From Octopus sinensis (Eukaryota), in contig NC_043011.1 in NCBI RefSeq assembly GCF_006345805.1, positions 25,370,464-25,434,463 on the forward strand: 64,000 bases of DNA. Reading direction: 5' to 3'. The notes beneath the pieces are model-generated. The model did no database searches. It was given only the letters and a program-made list of their open reading frames with translations, and was not told the origin of the DNA. Position 1 is the first letter of the stretch. Each line of letters starts with the position of its first letter. Below, one piece after another: positions 40,451-54,820 of the stretch. A program made the translations under genes and the position numbers.

Positions 40451-41488
40451 TTGTTGATGGTGCTATGAGTCTCAACTGAATGGCTGGCTGTAGCCTTAAA
40501 AAGCAAATAAAAGTCACATTCGATCACAGCACCAATAACAGTTGGGCTTTGTGCAATGGCCATACTCGATAACGAGGGGGCAGCCATCATGTACGTATGT
40601 ATGTATGTATGATGTATGTATGTATGATGTATGTATGTATGTATGTGTGTGTGTGTGTGTGTGTGTAGTATGTATGTATGTATGTGTGTATATGTATGTA
40701 TGTATGTGTGTGTGTGTATGTATGTATGTGTGTATATGTATATGTATGTATGTATGTGTGTGTGTGTGTATGTATCCATCCATCCATATATATACATACA
40801 TATATAATACACACACACACACACGCATAATATAATATCTGTATGTATGTGTGTGCATATGTGTGCGTATGTGTATGTGTATCTGCTTACATACGATGTC
40901 ATTTTTGTATTATTTTTTCACACATTACTATGAACCACATTTATCTATAAGGATTCTATAGCCATAGTAAGTAATTATCTCATCATTTACGAAAGAAAAT
41001 AAGAACCTGCAATAGGAACTTGAAGTATCGGAGCCTGGCAGTGAACTACTATCTCTTCCAGCCTGTGGTGTTTGAGACATTTGGAGGGATGAGCCACTAA
41101 CTGCAAAGTTCTTGTCATTGTTGGCAGGTCACCTTACCAAGGTACCAGGTGATGCCAGTGAGGGCGCTTGGCTTTTAGCAACGCCTTAGCCTCGCCGTTG
41201 CCTGTGGTAATGCTGCGAGCGTGCTGGCTTGTTGACTTTGTAGCGTGTGACCAATTAAAGTACTTGTGCTGCATTGATGTAATTACTCTATTTCTTCTAT
41301 TTTTCTTTTTTCTTGCCCTCTTTCTCCCTACTGCTTTTTCTTTCCTTGTCTTTCTTTTGTAAAAACTTATGAAAGAATCATGATTATTGTTTAGGATTTG
41401 TATTATAATGTGGTTCTGTATTATTCATGTATCATATACATACATGTTACATATATGTATGTGTATATATATATATATTATATATATA

Positions 41489-41520
<32 letters not shown>

Positions 41521-42744
41521 GAAAATGCTCTGAGACCAACTTCTGTCACTTTCCAGGGAGAAAAACTAGAAATAGTTGATAGCTTCCGTTACCTAGGTGA
41601 CCAAGTCAGCAGCGGGGGCAGGTGTACTGAAAGTAAGAATAGCTTTGGCAAAGTTCAGAGAGCTCTTACCTCTGCTGGTGACAAAAGGCCTCTCACTCAG
41701 AGTAAAAGGCAGACTGTATGACGCGTGTGTACGACAGCCATGCTACATGGCAGTGAAACATGGGCCGTGACTGCTGAGGATATGCGTAAGCTCGCAAGAA
41801 ATGAAGCCAGTATGCTCCGATGGATGAGTAATGTCAGTATTTATACTCGACAGAGTGTAAGTACCTTGAGAGAAAAGCTGGACCTAAGAAGCATCAGATG
41901 TGGTGTGCAAGAGAGACGTTTGTGCTGGTATGGACATGTGGCGAGAATGGATGAAGATAGTTGTGTGAAAAAGTGCCACACCCTAGCGGTTGAGGGAACC
42001 TGTGGAAGAGGCAGACCCAGGAAAACCTGGGACGAGGTGGTGAAGCACGACCTTCGAACTTTAGGTCTCACTGAAGAAATGACTAGAGACCGGGACCTCT
42101 GGAAGTATGCTGTGCGTGAGAAGACCAGGCAGGACAAGTGAGACCATAACCCATGGCCTTCTACATGGGATGTAGCCAGCCCACTTATGCATACCTTCCC
42201 TTCTTGGGACACAAAACTCTACTTGTGAAGACCTGTTGAGGCAAGTGAGAACCAGGATCGAAATCGATCAATGGAATTGCAGCTGAGTTACAAGTGCTGG
42301 TGGCACGTAAGAGAACCATCCGAACGTGGCCGTTGCCAGCGCCACACCGACTGGCCTCGTACCGGTGGCATGTAAAAAGCACCATCTGTTCGTAGCCGTT
42401 GCCAGCACCGCCCCGACTGGCCTCGTGCCAGTGGCACGTAAAAAGCACCATCCGTTCGTGGCCGTTGCCAGCGCCGCCCCGACTGGCCTCGTGCCGGTGG
42501 CACGTAAAAAGCACTATCCGATCGTGGCCGTTGCCAGCCTCGCCTGGCACTTTGCCGGTGGCACGTAAAAAGCACCCACTACACTCATGGAGTGGTTGGC
42601 GTTAGGAAGGGCATCCAGCCGTAGAAACACTGCCAGATCAAACTGGGCCTGGTGCAGCCTTCTGGCTTCCCAGACCCCAGTTGAACCGTCCAACCCATGC
42701 TAGCATAGAAAGCGGACGCTAAACGATGATGATGATGATGATGA

Positions 42745-42748
<4 letters not shown>
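41521..42748 (+). mobile_element. 5'-truncated RTE-clade LINE: RT C-terminus (frameshifted), 3' UTR with ~66-bp tandem hairpin array, (GAT)n tail
   Basis: EKLEIVDSFRYLG and LHGSETW...MLRWM...GRGRPRKTW motifs typical of RTE ORF2; inserted in (TA)n. Confidence 0.9.
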
Positions 42749-42805
<57 letters not shown>

Positions 42806-42825
42806 GTGTGTGTGTGTGTGTGTGG

Positions 42826-43150
42826 TGTTGTGTGTGGTTTAGTGGTTAGGGCATTCGGCTCACGATTGTAAGGTCGTGAGTTCGATTCCCTGTGATGCGT
42901 TGTGTTCCTTGGGCAAGACACTTTATTTCACGTTGCTCTAGTCCACTCAGCTGGCAAAAATGAGTTGTACATGTATTTCAAAGGGCCGGCCTTGTCACGC
43001 TCTGCATCACGCCGAGTCTCCCTGAGAACTACATTAAGGGTACACGCGTCTGTGGAGTGCTCAGCCACTTGCACGTTAAATTCACGAGCAGGCTGTTCCG
43101 TTGATCGTATCAGCTGAGACCCTCATCGTCGTAACCGACGGGGTGCTCCT
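42826..43150 (+). mobile_element. Third tRNA-derived SINE family (opposite-strand relative at ~56310..56540)
   Basis: tggtttagtggttaggg A-box and gagttcgattccc B-box followed by tccttgggcaagacacttt body. Confidence 0.75.
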
Positions 43151-43805
43151 GCCTGTTTTATATATATAATAAAATTTTGGCAGGGAAAATATGTACAGAC
43201 CAAACTCATGGTTCCAACACCGTAAAAAATAAAATATTTCATTGGGTTTACATTCTAACAACTTCGATATCTCAAAAAAAAACGTTCTATAAATAATTCG
43301 CATGAAGTTAGTTTACAGTGCAAGGGAGATAATTAATATTGTAGTTCTCTCCCTTGCATTATAATCATAAAAAATAGTCTACATGCACGACGATTCTTTC
43401 CTATAGACTTAGTTAATATTATTGTTTTGAACTTTTATAACTATTATAAGTATTATAACTAGAATATTTTTTTTAGTCTTCTTCTACAAATATAGCTCCT
43501 TTAACATTACGTAAAAAGATTTTTTTTGACTTGTTGAACTCAAGAATTATCTCGTTCGTGAATGAAAGTTAAGAAGAATTACGAATTTTCTGAAAAAGTA
43601 AACTAGATATTATAGGCGCGGGAGTGGCTGTGTGGTAGAAGCTTCTTTCCCAACCACATGGTCCTGTGTTCAGTCCTACTGCATGGCACCCTGGGCAAGT
43701 GTATTTTATAGCTTGAGTCAACCAAAGCCTTGTGAGTGGACTTGGTAGACGGAAACTGAAGAAGCCCGTCGTGTATATGTATATGTATATAATATATATA
43801 TATAT

Positions 43806-43870
<65 letters not shown>

Positions 43871-44117
43871 TGCAGCGTGGAAGGTGTTTATAAGCCATTT
43901 AAGAAAACACAGAAAGTCCGTGCTGCACGGACTTTGTCAGTGAACAGGTCGCGGATTTTAGCGACGAAAATATTTTGACAAATTAAACTTAAATGTTGAA
44001 GTGAATCGAACGGTTTTGTGTGTTTCTTAAATGGCTTATAAACACCTTCCACGCTGCAATGTTTTCGTTTCAGCACACGATCTCAGATCAATTACTTGCT
44101 ATGCGAGTACATCTCCG

Positions 44118-44119
<2 letters not shown>

Positions 44120-44159
<40 letters not shown>

Positions 44160-44873
44160 TATATATATATAATATATATATATGTATATATATACTATAT
44201 ATGTATATATATATATATATTGTATATATATATATGTTATATGTATATAATATATGTATATATATGTATATATATATATATATGTATATATATGTATATA
44301 TATAATTATAGTATGTATATATATATATGTATATTATATATATATATATGTATATATATAAATGTATATATATATATGTATATATATGTATATATATATA
44401 TATGTATATATATATATGTATGTATATAGTATTATATATGTATATCTATATATATGTATATATATATATATGTTATATATAATATATATATATATATAGA
44501 TATATATATATATATATATAAAAAAGGAAATGAGAAAATGCTGACAAATAATTGAAGTAATTTAATTAGGTGAAAGTTCTTTTTACCGGTTGCGCATTTG
44601 TTATGCTTATCAAAATATAAAAGAGAGATTAGAGTTCCTTTCTTATAGAATTTTTCCTCTATCATAAGAGGAAAAATTCTATAAGAAAGGAACTCTAATC
44701 TCTCTTTTATATTTTGATAAGCATAACAAATGCGCAACCGGTAAAAAGAACTTTCACCTAATTAAATTACTTAAATTACTTCAATTATTTGTCAGCATTT
44801 TCTTCATTTCCTTTTTTATATATCACCACTCGTGTTCGACATCTCCTTTTTTTTTAAATATATATATATATAA

Positions 44874-44923
<50 letters not shown>

Positions 44924-45044
44924 ATATATATATGTATATTCTATATATATATATATAATATATTATATAATATATATATATGTATATATATATACATGTA
45001 TATATATATTATATGTATATATATATATATGTCTATATATATAG

Positions 45045-45116
<72 letters not shown>

Positions 45117-45130
45117 GTATATATATATGT

Positions 45131-45172
<42 letters not shown>

Positions 45173-45210
45173 GTATATATATATATGTATATATATATAT
45201 ATGTTATATA

Positions 45211-45280
<70 letters not shown>

Positions 45281-45302
45281 GTATATATATATATATATAT
45301 AT
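44120..45302. repeat. Large (TA)n/(TATG) microsatellite field (others at 1..300, 4480..4630, 48100..48670, 57430..57785, 58735..59260, 60806..61170, 62040..63540)
   Basis: Directly visible. Confidence 0.95.
44520..44818. repeat. Near-perfect ~140-bp-arm palindrome inside a (TA)n expanse
   Basis: Arms meet at 44660/44667 with a 6-nt loop; one short duplication in the right arm. Confidence 0.92.
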
Positions 45303-47316
45303 TTGTTGAAATGGAAAGATGAATTATCCTGTTACGGATTATTCATAAGTTTAACCGATACCTGGGTAGCAAAATCACAGCAGAAAAAACACGGTTGGAG
45401 ATAAGACCATATGGTGTTGCAACCGTGCGTTGGTGCGGATAATTGAAGTTTAATATAATTAGTGAATGGAAGAAATGGAGTTGAACGAAGATTGTACAGA
45501 ATTCCTTTTATTACATTCTACACATGTTTCAAAGGCCCCAATTTCCAAATTCTGATTAAATAAGGATACCATATTGCAGCTTTCTCTTCAGGAAAAACCA
45601 GGAATTACGTTGTCAGAACAAAACAAAACAAAGGCGCAGCAAAGCAATTCGAACGAGGACGCTCCTTAAGAGCCCATGGGTAAAATGTTTATCAATGTAC
45701 GTTTATCAATGTACGTTGGTGGGGGCCGACAAAAGGTCCGTTGGAATAAATCCAGGTCAGGCCGTGGTCAATCTAGTAGGTGAGGAATTAATGAGCACAG
45801 GGGTGTGGAGATGTTCTATGTGACCAAAGCTAATGTTCTGAATATATATATATATATATATATATATCGTATATATGTGTATATATATATATAGTATGTG
45901 TGTGTGTTTGTGCGTCTGTGTTTGTACCCCGAGAGTAAAAGTTATATATACTCTTTACTCTTTTACTTGTTTCAGTCATTTGACTGCGACCATGCTGGAG
46001 CACTGCCTTTAGTCGAGCAAATCGACCCCAGGACTTGTTCTTTGCAAGCCTAGTACGTTTTCTATCGGTCTCTTTTGCCGAAGCGCTAAGTTACGGGGAC
46101 GTAAACACACCAGCCTCGGTTGTCAAACGATGTTGAGGGGGGACAAACACAGACGCACATACATACATACATATATATGTATATATGAAGCGAGGTGGCG
46201 TCATTGAAGGCTAAAACAATGCGAAGCGCATTGTGACCAGCGATGTGTAGCAACATCCGATGGCCTGGTCGGTCACGTGATCACGTGATATATGAAATAC
46301 AAGGAAACGAAAAAATTGTAAGTGTAGACGAACTTTAATTCAATATACAGTCTACAAATTGTTTCGGAGTCTAATTAATTCCAAAGACAAAGATGAAAGA
46401 CTCTTCATAAAATACAAATTAGATTGCTCATCAGGAATTACCTACTGGTATGAATGATTATGACCAACAAAAATATACAAAGACCTTTCGTAGCCCAGAC
46501 GTGAACAAATAAATGAAAGACAACAAGAACATCAGATATTCAAAACTAGAATATATATATATGTCCTTATTTAAACTTAGTAATGTGGTAAAATCAAACG
46601 AGAGTAAAAATAAAGAATTGTTCAGTTTAGGGATACTAAAGAGTAAATCAAAATTAAGGGGAGTAAGCCATCACTTGACAACCGGTGTTGGTGTGTTTAC
46701 ATCCCCGCAACTTAGACCTGACAGAATAAGTACTAGGCTTACAAAGAATGTCCTAGGCTCTATTTGTTCGGCTGAAAACGGTGTTCCAGAATGGCCGCAG
46801 TCAAATGACTGAAACAAGTAAAAGAGCATTACTGTTTTAATGATTCCAAATGTTGATCAGACTATTGACTAAAAGGCACCTTGGACAAGCGCCTCCTACT
46901 CTAGCCCCAGGTCTTGTTTACGAATTTGATAGACGGAAAATGTTTGCGTATTTGCATTCTACACAGGAATTCATACAATTATAAAAAAATAAAGGAAAAG
47001 AAAACTGTGTGTGTGATTTAAGGGCGATTTAGGGGTTGTTTTTAGCGCATCTCACGACTCCCTGATACTTTCCTCGTGTCTTTGTTACTGACATGTATTG
47101 ATGGTTTTCAATATTTTTCTTCCCATAAACACATTTAATGGAATGATGATGCAACCAACAGTGGGCCATTGCTGGTTTTAAGCAAAAAATTTGGACAGCC
47201 CGTTTTTAAACTGTGATTTAAAAATAGAATTCGAAAAAGAGTGGAAATTTTAGAATTTATGGGGAAGTAGGGTATTAAAAAAAAATTCATAATCGTATGA
47301 ATTCCTGTGTGTAGAG

Positions 47317-47535
47317 CAGTGCTTTTCAAACTTTTTGCTGGAGCGGAACCCATAGGAAACATTCCACTGGCTCGAGGAACCCCTGTGCAATAATTTAATA
47401 GTCTTATGCACACATATCTGTACAGGAGAATTAAAAATTACTGCCGATTTTAGCAGTTTTGTAACTTCTTGCGGAACCCCTAGACTGTACTGGCGGAACC
47501 CTAAGGTTCCGCGGAACCCTGGTTGAAAACCACTG
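47317..47535. mobile_element. hAT-type MITE with 8-bp TSD
   Basis: TIRs cagtgcttttcaa / ttgaaaaccactg; TSD gtgtagag at 47309-47316 and 47536-47543. Confidence 0.9.
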
Positions 47536-48119
47536 GTGTAGAGCATGCATTCGCAAAAATTTTCTGGAACTTGTAAATAAAAAAAAAGAAGTTATGAGTG
47601 GTTATGTAGGGTGCTTAAACCAGAATTCCGCCAAAGAGAATATGCATTGGATGCTTTAATACTAGACACATTAAACACCATAAACGACAGTATATTCACG
47701 GAGTTAAAATGAATCTGTTTATAGTTGTCATTCAATCACAAATGGTAAACAAATCAATTCTTATTTTTAAAAAAGACTATGTGAGTTACCTCCCCGTAGA
47801 AATTGCCTCCCTCACCAATTATTGACCTGATTCGGTAGTGTTTACCTTAGCAACACATTTACTCCCTGCAAATGTCAGTTTATTCAGGTCGAATGATCCC
47901 AGACAAATTGAATAAGACGAATTAAAACCTAAGCAACGTTTTTGGACGATGACCTGATACAGCATCTGTTTGCTTCTACAGCTGTTGTGCAAATTAAGGT
48001 AAGGTTCGTGAAAATTAGATATAATATAAATTGCTCTTTATACATCCAAGCACCTACCTTTTAATTATATGCATATACTAAAATATACTCATATGCATAT
48101 ATGCATATAAATGCATGCA

Positions 48120-48188
<69 letters not shown>

Positions 48189-48280
48189 GCATGTATACAC
48201 ACACACACACACACATATATACAAAAATGTATTTGTTATAGCATGTGTACTTACTTGCTTGCCCTTAATATAAATTCATG

Positions 48281-48314
<34 letters not shown>

Positions 48315-48436
48315 GTATGTATGTATACACACATATATGTATGCATGTATGTATCTATCTATTTATCTATCAATCTATCTATCTCTCTCTCTCTCTCTCT
48401 CTATATATATTATATATATAATATATACATACATAC

Positions 48437-48611
<175 letters not shown>

Positions 48612-48960
48612 CATACATACACCTACATACATGCTCAAACACGCACACAACACACACACACACGCACACACATTTATTGTAATTGAATCGTCACAGTTTT
48701 ATCCTAGTATAGCATTTTCACCTCTGAGCAGCAATAAGCAATTTCACACAGACCAAAATATTTCAGCATATTCTTGGTCAAAGGTAATTTACATAAATAA
48801 AACAAAAGAAAAAAAAATGCTGACAGAAAATAATTGAAGTAGGGGCATTGCATGGATTTGAATAGCAAAGTTGACAGGCTGGGTTCATGTACTGAATAAA
48901 CTACGTGGTAAATTCTTAATATATTAATATATTCTTCACAAACAAAGTAAACAAAGCAAT

Positions 48961-48999
<39 letters not shown>

Positions 49000-49173
49000 T
49001 TATAGTTTATATGTGTATGTATGAACGTATATGAATGCCTTTTGATAAGGAAGGATTAAGAACTTATTCTAGCCATAGATAAATTCTTACATATAAATCA
49101 TACCCATATACGACCTGAAGACTAGAGTTTATGTGTGTGTGTTTGTGTGCGTGCGTGTGTGTGCGTGCGTGTA

Positions 49174-49239
<66 letters not shown>

Positions 49240-49529
49240 GTGTGTGTCTGTCTGTGTTTGCATGTATGTATATGAAGGATTGTAGTTAATAAGATTTATA
49301 TATTAATATGGCTGATCAGTATACTATGACTAGCTACACACACACACACACACACATATATATATCATCATCATCATCATCATCTTCGTTTAACATTCGC
49401 CTTCAATGCTGGCATGGGTGGGATGGTTTGACAGGAGCTGGTCAGGTAGAAGCTTGCACTAGACTTCTGTGACTGTTTTGACTGTTTTTTTTACAGCTGG
49501 ATACCCTTTCTAACATCAACATATATGTA

Positions 49530-50090
49530 TCATCATCATCATCATCGTTTAATATCCGCTTTCCATGCTAGCATGGGTTGGACGATTTTGACTGAGGGCC
49601 GGCGAGCCAGATGGCTGCACCAGGCTCCAGTCTTGATCTGGCAGAGTTTCTACGGCTGGATGCCCTTCCTAACGCCAACCACTCTGAGAGTTTAGTGGGT
49701 GCTTTTTACGTGCCACCGGCACGGGGGCCAGTCAGGCGGTACTGGCAATGACCTCGCTCGAGTCTTTTAACACATGCCACTGGCACAGGTGCCAGTGAAT
49801 GGTAACGTTGGTAACGATCACGCTCAAATGGTGCCCTTTTACGTGCCACGGGTACAGAAGCCTGTTGGCTGCTCTGGCAATGATCACGCTCGGATGGTGC
49901 TCTTGGCACCCTACTAGCACAGGCATAAGTACCAGTAAGGCGACGCTGGTAACGATCATACTTGAATAGCCGCTCTGTTAACGATCACACTCATATGGTG
50001 CTCTTTGCATCCCGCTAGCACGGATGCCAGTCATCGAACTGATTTTGATTTTGATTTTGATTTTACTTGCCTCAACAGGTCTTCGCAAGC
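49530..50090 (-). mobile_element. Copy of the RTE 3' UTR family
   Basis: (CAT)n, ccatgctagcatgggttggacg, ttttacgtgccac repeats, acttgcctcaacagg. Confidence 0.85.
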
Positions 50091-51909
50091 AGAGTTTAGT
50101 GACCGTTATTACTTAACGGTTGTCCTTGTTATTAATGGACTTCTGTAATTGATGGGTTGTTAACAGTACAGGGAGGGTTTTAAAAGTCCAAATACACGTT
50201 AAATAAATACTGTAAATATGGTGTCCCTAGTTTGCGGAAATTCAGTTATCGTGGCCGGTCTCGGAACCAATCTACTGCGATAAATGAGGGATCACTGTAT
50301 ATGTCTCTGCAGGAAGATTAAAGATAATTTTTTTAAAACCATTGTCCACTTTAATTGTGTGAATCTTCTAAATAGAAACCACTCAATCCTCCTCCTCCTC
50401 CTCCTCCTCCTCTGTTGTGCAGCTCACCTGATGATGTGCCATGTCTCATATGACTTGTTTCTTGAAAAAGGTTACCTAATGCCTATTCTTGACCATAGAG
50501 ACAATAAAAATATGTGTTCCTATATTTTAATCCAAATTTTAAACCGTACACTGTGAGATACTACTGTCTTTTTAATATATGGAGCTTGGAATGTTGTTTT
50601 GTTAGTACTAAAGCTTGTGCCTTCATGTAGAATGTCAAATGTTGTCAAGACCTAAATATATACAAAGGGCATTCAAGCCATGACCATGTTTATTTTTCAG
50701 AAATAGTATGCTGTGGGTCGCATTTCCTGATGCATCCTTTTGTACTTAAGGTGGGAGGGTGTGGATTTAGAAGGAAATTTGGCTACTGTTTCTAGCTAGT
50801 CGAATAATCACACTAGCATTGTCATTCGCTTGCTTGTCTGTCAGGTTTGGTTCAGTCCCTCTTTCTTCAGCCAATTGACTATAAGTAAACTCTTGGTCAT
50901 GAATTGTAAATGAAATGTTATGGTCCCAGATAATATTCCAACTCACCCCTCACATTCTGTGTCGTCCTTGTCATCCAGTGTTTTAAAACTGAAGTAGGCA
51001 AGTGCAGCCCACCCCAACCTTTGGCCTGGCTGGTGCCCATTTCCTTTGCTATCATGAAGCTTTTTTGGAGCTGGATTTTCTACGGGGAGTATGCCCATGC
51101 TTACCCCCAACCTCAGTTTCTAGATATAAGTGGTCCCTAGACCAGGGCCTCTTCCATGATTTTTAAGAAATGTGGTGGAAAACTAACTCAGGAGGGCAGG
51201 GATGCTACTCTCTAAGACCCCTTTCGGAGCCCCACTACACTATATATTGCTCAATTTTAGATTGCATACATAATAATAGATATCATTATGTTTTAATTGA
51301 GGTCCTTTAAAATATAAATTGCTATTTCTTAATCAAATATTGGAATATACGCATTTGATGGTATTTTAAAATGTTACACTACTGGAGTAGTTATTCCTTG
51401 TAAATAAAACTAAAAATCTGTTTTTAATTGGCCTTGACAGTAATCATGTACTACCTCTATAGCAAATCACCTGGTTCTGCCCCTCTGTCTCTCTGTCACA
51501 CTCTAAGCCTTTCATCATCTGACACAGTGCTCTATTCCCTCTCAAAGATTCCTTGCAAGATACTTGGTTACCCTGCCAGTGCTGATGCCATGCAAAAAGC
51601 ATCCAGTCCACACTGTAAAGTGGTTGGCATTTTGGAAGGGCATCTAACTGTAAAAAACCATGCCAAAACTTACCTTGCTGGTGCTGGTGCCACATAAAAA
51701 GCACTCAGTCCAACTCTGCAGGGTGGTTGTTGTTAGGAAGGGCATCCAGCTGTTAAAAAACCATGCCTAAACAGACACAGAAGTCTGGTGTAGTCTTCTG
51801 TCTGGCTGGCTCCTGTCAAACCATCCAACCCATGCCAGCATAGAAGGCAGATGTTAAACAATGATGATGATAATGATGATGATGAATCAATGTATAAATA
51901 TAGAATACA

Positions 51910-52294
51910 TCTCTCTCTATATAAACGGCAGTTTGTCTGTGTGTGTTTCTGTGTGTCTGTTAGGTTGTACCCTCACCCTGACCACGGCTTTCAACCGATT
52001 CTGATGAAACTTGACACACACATAGCCCAATGTCATAATTCAAAACTAACGCAGCGAAAATTTTGAAAAGTTCCCCCAGTTCTGAAAAAGATCGATAAAT
52101 TCGACATGGGGTCGAGAATCAGAAACACGAACCACAAACTGTCTAGGGGACGCAACTCCACCTTTTTTAGATCTCAAAAAAAAATTTACCATCATTTTTT
52201 TCCATTTTTTTGCTATTTTTTGGCTATAACTCTCTAAAAATGCTTTATAGTTATTTCCCTTACAAACCCGAGCAACGCCGGGCGATACTGCTAG
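51910..52294 (+). mobile_element. Non-autonomous Helitron
   Basis: a|TC 5' end, 3' hairpin cccgagcaacgccggg then CTAG|t, no TSD; near-identical copy at 58183..58565. Confidence 0.88.
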
Positions 52295-52324
52295 TATACT
52301 ATATTTATACATTGTTTATACATT

Positions 52325-52750
52325 ACCGAACTCTCTGTTATCACCAAACACTTTGTCATCACCAGATTCTTGGTCATCACAAAACTATCTCTGTCATCAC
52401 CAAAATTCTCTCTGTCATCAACGAACCACAACTATCATCAGTAAGCTATCATTGTAACACCCAAGCTATTACTGTCATCACTAAACTCTTTGTCATCACA
52501 AAACTCTGTCATCACGAAACTGTCACTGTCATCATCGAACCATTCATGTCATCACCAAAATCTCTGTTATCACCTAACGCATTGCCTTCTGCAAACTTCT
52601 CTGTCATCACTAAACCCTAAACTTTATGTCATCACAAATCTATCTCATCATCAAACTGTCACCATCATCCTCAAACTCTCTGTCAGCACCGAACTCTTTG
52701 CCATAACCAAAGTTCTCTCTGTTATCATTAACCCTTCAGTTACCAAACTT
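52325..52750. repeat. Degenerate ~20-bp minisatellite (ctctgtcatcaccaaaa)
   Basis: Repeated tgtcatcac cores. Confidence 0.7.
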
Positions 52751-53695
52751 CCTGAGATTGGCTCTGGTTCTTTGATAAAAAAAATGTTTTAAAGTGATCC
52801 AAATTTTTAAAAAAATAACTTCCTTCAAAATTTTATGTTAATTTATGTTTCAAACACCAACTTAATAATGGTTTCAAATTTTGGCATGAGGCCAGCAGTT
52901 TTGGGTGAAGGTATAAATTGTTTACATTGACCCCCTACCCAGTATTCAACTGGTACTTATTTCATCAACCCTGAAAGAATGAAAAGCAAAATCAATCCCA
53001 GGGGAATTTGAACTCAGAATGTAAAGTCAGATGAAATGCTGCAACACATTTTGACCAGTGTAGCAACAATTCTGTCAACTCACTGCCTTAAACACCAACT
53101 TAACAACGACAAAGTTGTTTTACTAAATTCTTCGTCATTATTTTCAAAGTCAATGAAAACAAAGGTAGTGTATTTTAAAAGAAATACAGCAACTAAAGGA
53201 TTTGACCATAATTATCAAACACCAAAACTCTCTGTTACTTTTTTACTTGTTTCAGTCATATGACTGTGGCCATGCTGGAGTACCGACTTAAGTTGAGCAA
53301 ATCGACCCCAGGACTTATTCTTTGTAAGCCTAGTACTTATTCTATCGGTCTCTTTTGCCGAACCATTAAGTTACAAGGCTTTGGTTGGTCCAAGTCTATA
53401 GTAGAGGACACTTGCCCTAGGTGCCACGCAGTGGGACTGAACCCGGAACCATGTGATTGGTAAGCAAGCTACTTACCACACAGCCACTTCTATCAACAAA
53501 CACCTTACATCACTATCAAAACTTCTCACCTGTCATCTCTAAGCTGACTGTGAAATCCTGTTTCAGCCTTCTCCACCTCACACTTCAATTTCCTCCTTCT
53601 CAAAACCTAACCTTGTTTGTTTTTCTAATCTACTGTGTTTAAATTCCAATGTTTGTATTTCATTACAGGCCGTCCAACTATTACAGACTAATTAA

Positions 53696-53896
<201 letters not shown>

Positions 53897-53949
53897 TAAT
53901 TTGTTGCAACAGATTCTGTGGTTGTCATCGCTGCTATCTGCTGTTTAAA

Positions 53950-54820
53950 AACCACCACTACTGCCACCACCCTCACGACCACTCTCACCACCACTACCAC
54001 CACCACCCTGACCACCGCCCACCACCCTGATCACCGCCCACCACCTCATCACTGCCCACCACCCTGACCACCGCCCACCACCTCATCACTGCCCACCATC
54101 TCACCACTGCCCACCACCTCACCACAACCCTCACTACCGCCAACCACCATCACCGCCGCCCACCCACCGCCCACCACCTCACCACCGCCCACCACTCACC
54201 ACCGCCCACCACCTCATCACTGCCCACCACCCTGACCACCTCCCACCACCCCTCATCACTGCCCACCATCTCACCACTGCCCACCACCTCACCACAACCC
54301 TCACTACCGCCAACCACCATCACCGCCGCCCACCACCTCACCACCGCCCACCACCTCACCACCGCCACCACCTCACCACCGCCCACCACCTCACCACCCC
54401 CACCACCTCACCACCGCCCACCACCTCACACCACCGCCCACCACCTCACACCGCCCCACCACCTCACCACGCCCACCACCTCACCACCGCCCACCACCTC
54501 ACCACCGCCCACACATCACCACCGCCCACCACCTCACACCGCCCCACCACCTCACCACTGCCCACCACCGCCCACCACCTCACCACCACCTCACCACCGC
54601 CCACACCTCACCACCGCCCACCACCTCACCACCGCCCACCACCTCACCACAGCCCACCACCTCACCACCGCCCACCACCCCCACCACCTCACCACCGCCC
54701 ACCACTCACCACTGCCCACCACCTCACCACCGCCCACCACCTCACCACTGCCCACCACCTCACCACCGCCCACCACCTCACCACCGCCCACCACCTCACC
54801 ACTGCCCACCACCGCCACCG
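53950..54820. repeat. 18-bp C-rich minisatellite (ccaccacctcaccaccgc)n in the gene 3 intron
   Basis: Directly visible tandem array. Confidence 0.9.

Noticed and set aside
42294-42580. CRISPR-like repeat-spacer array
   Set aside because: Spacers are homologous to each other, the array is in a LINE 3' UTR of a eukaryote, and there are no cas genes
42826-42900. tRNA gene
   Set aside because: A and B boxes are present but there is no clean acceptor stem, and it continues into a multicopy SINE body
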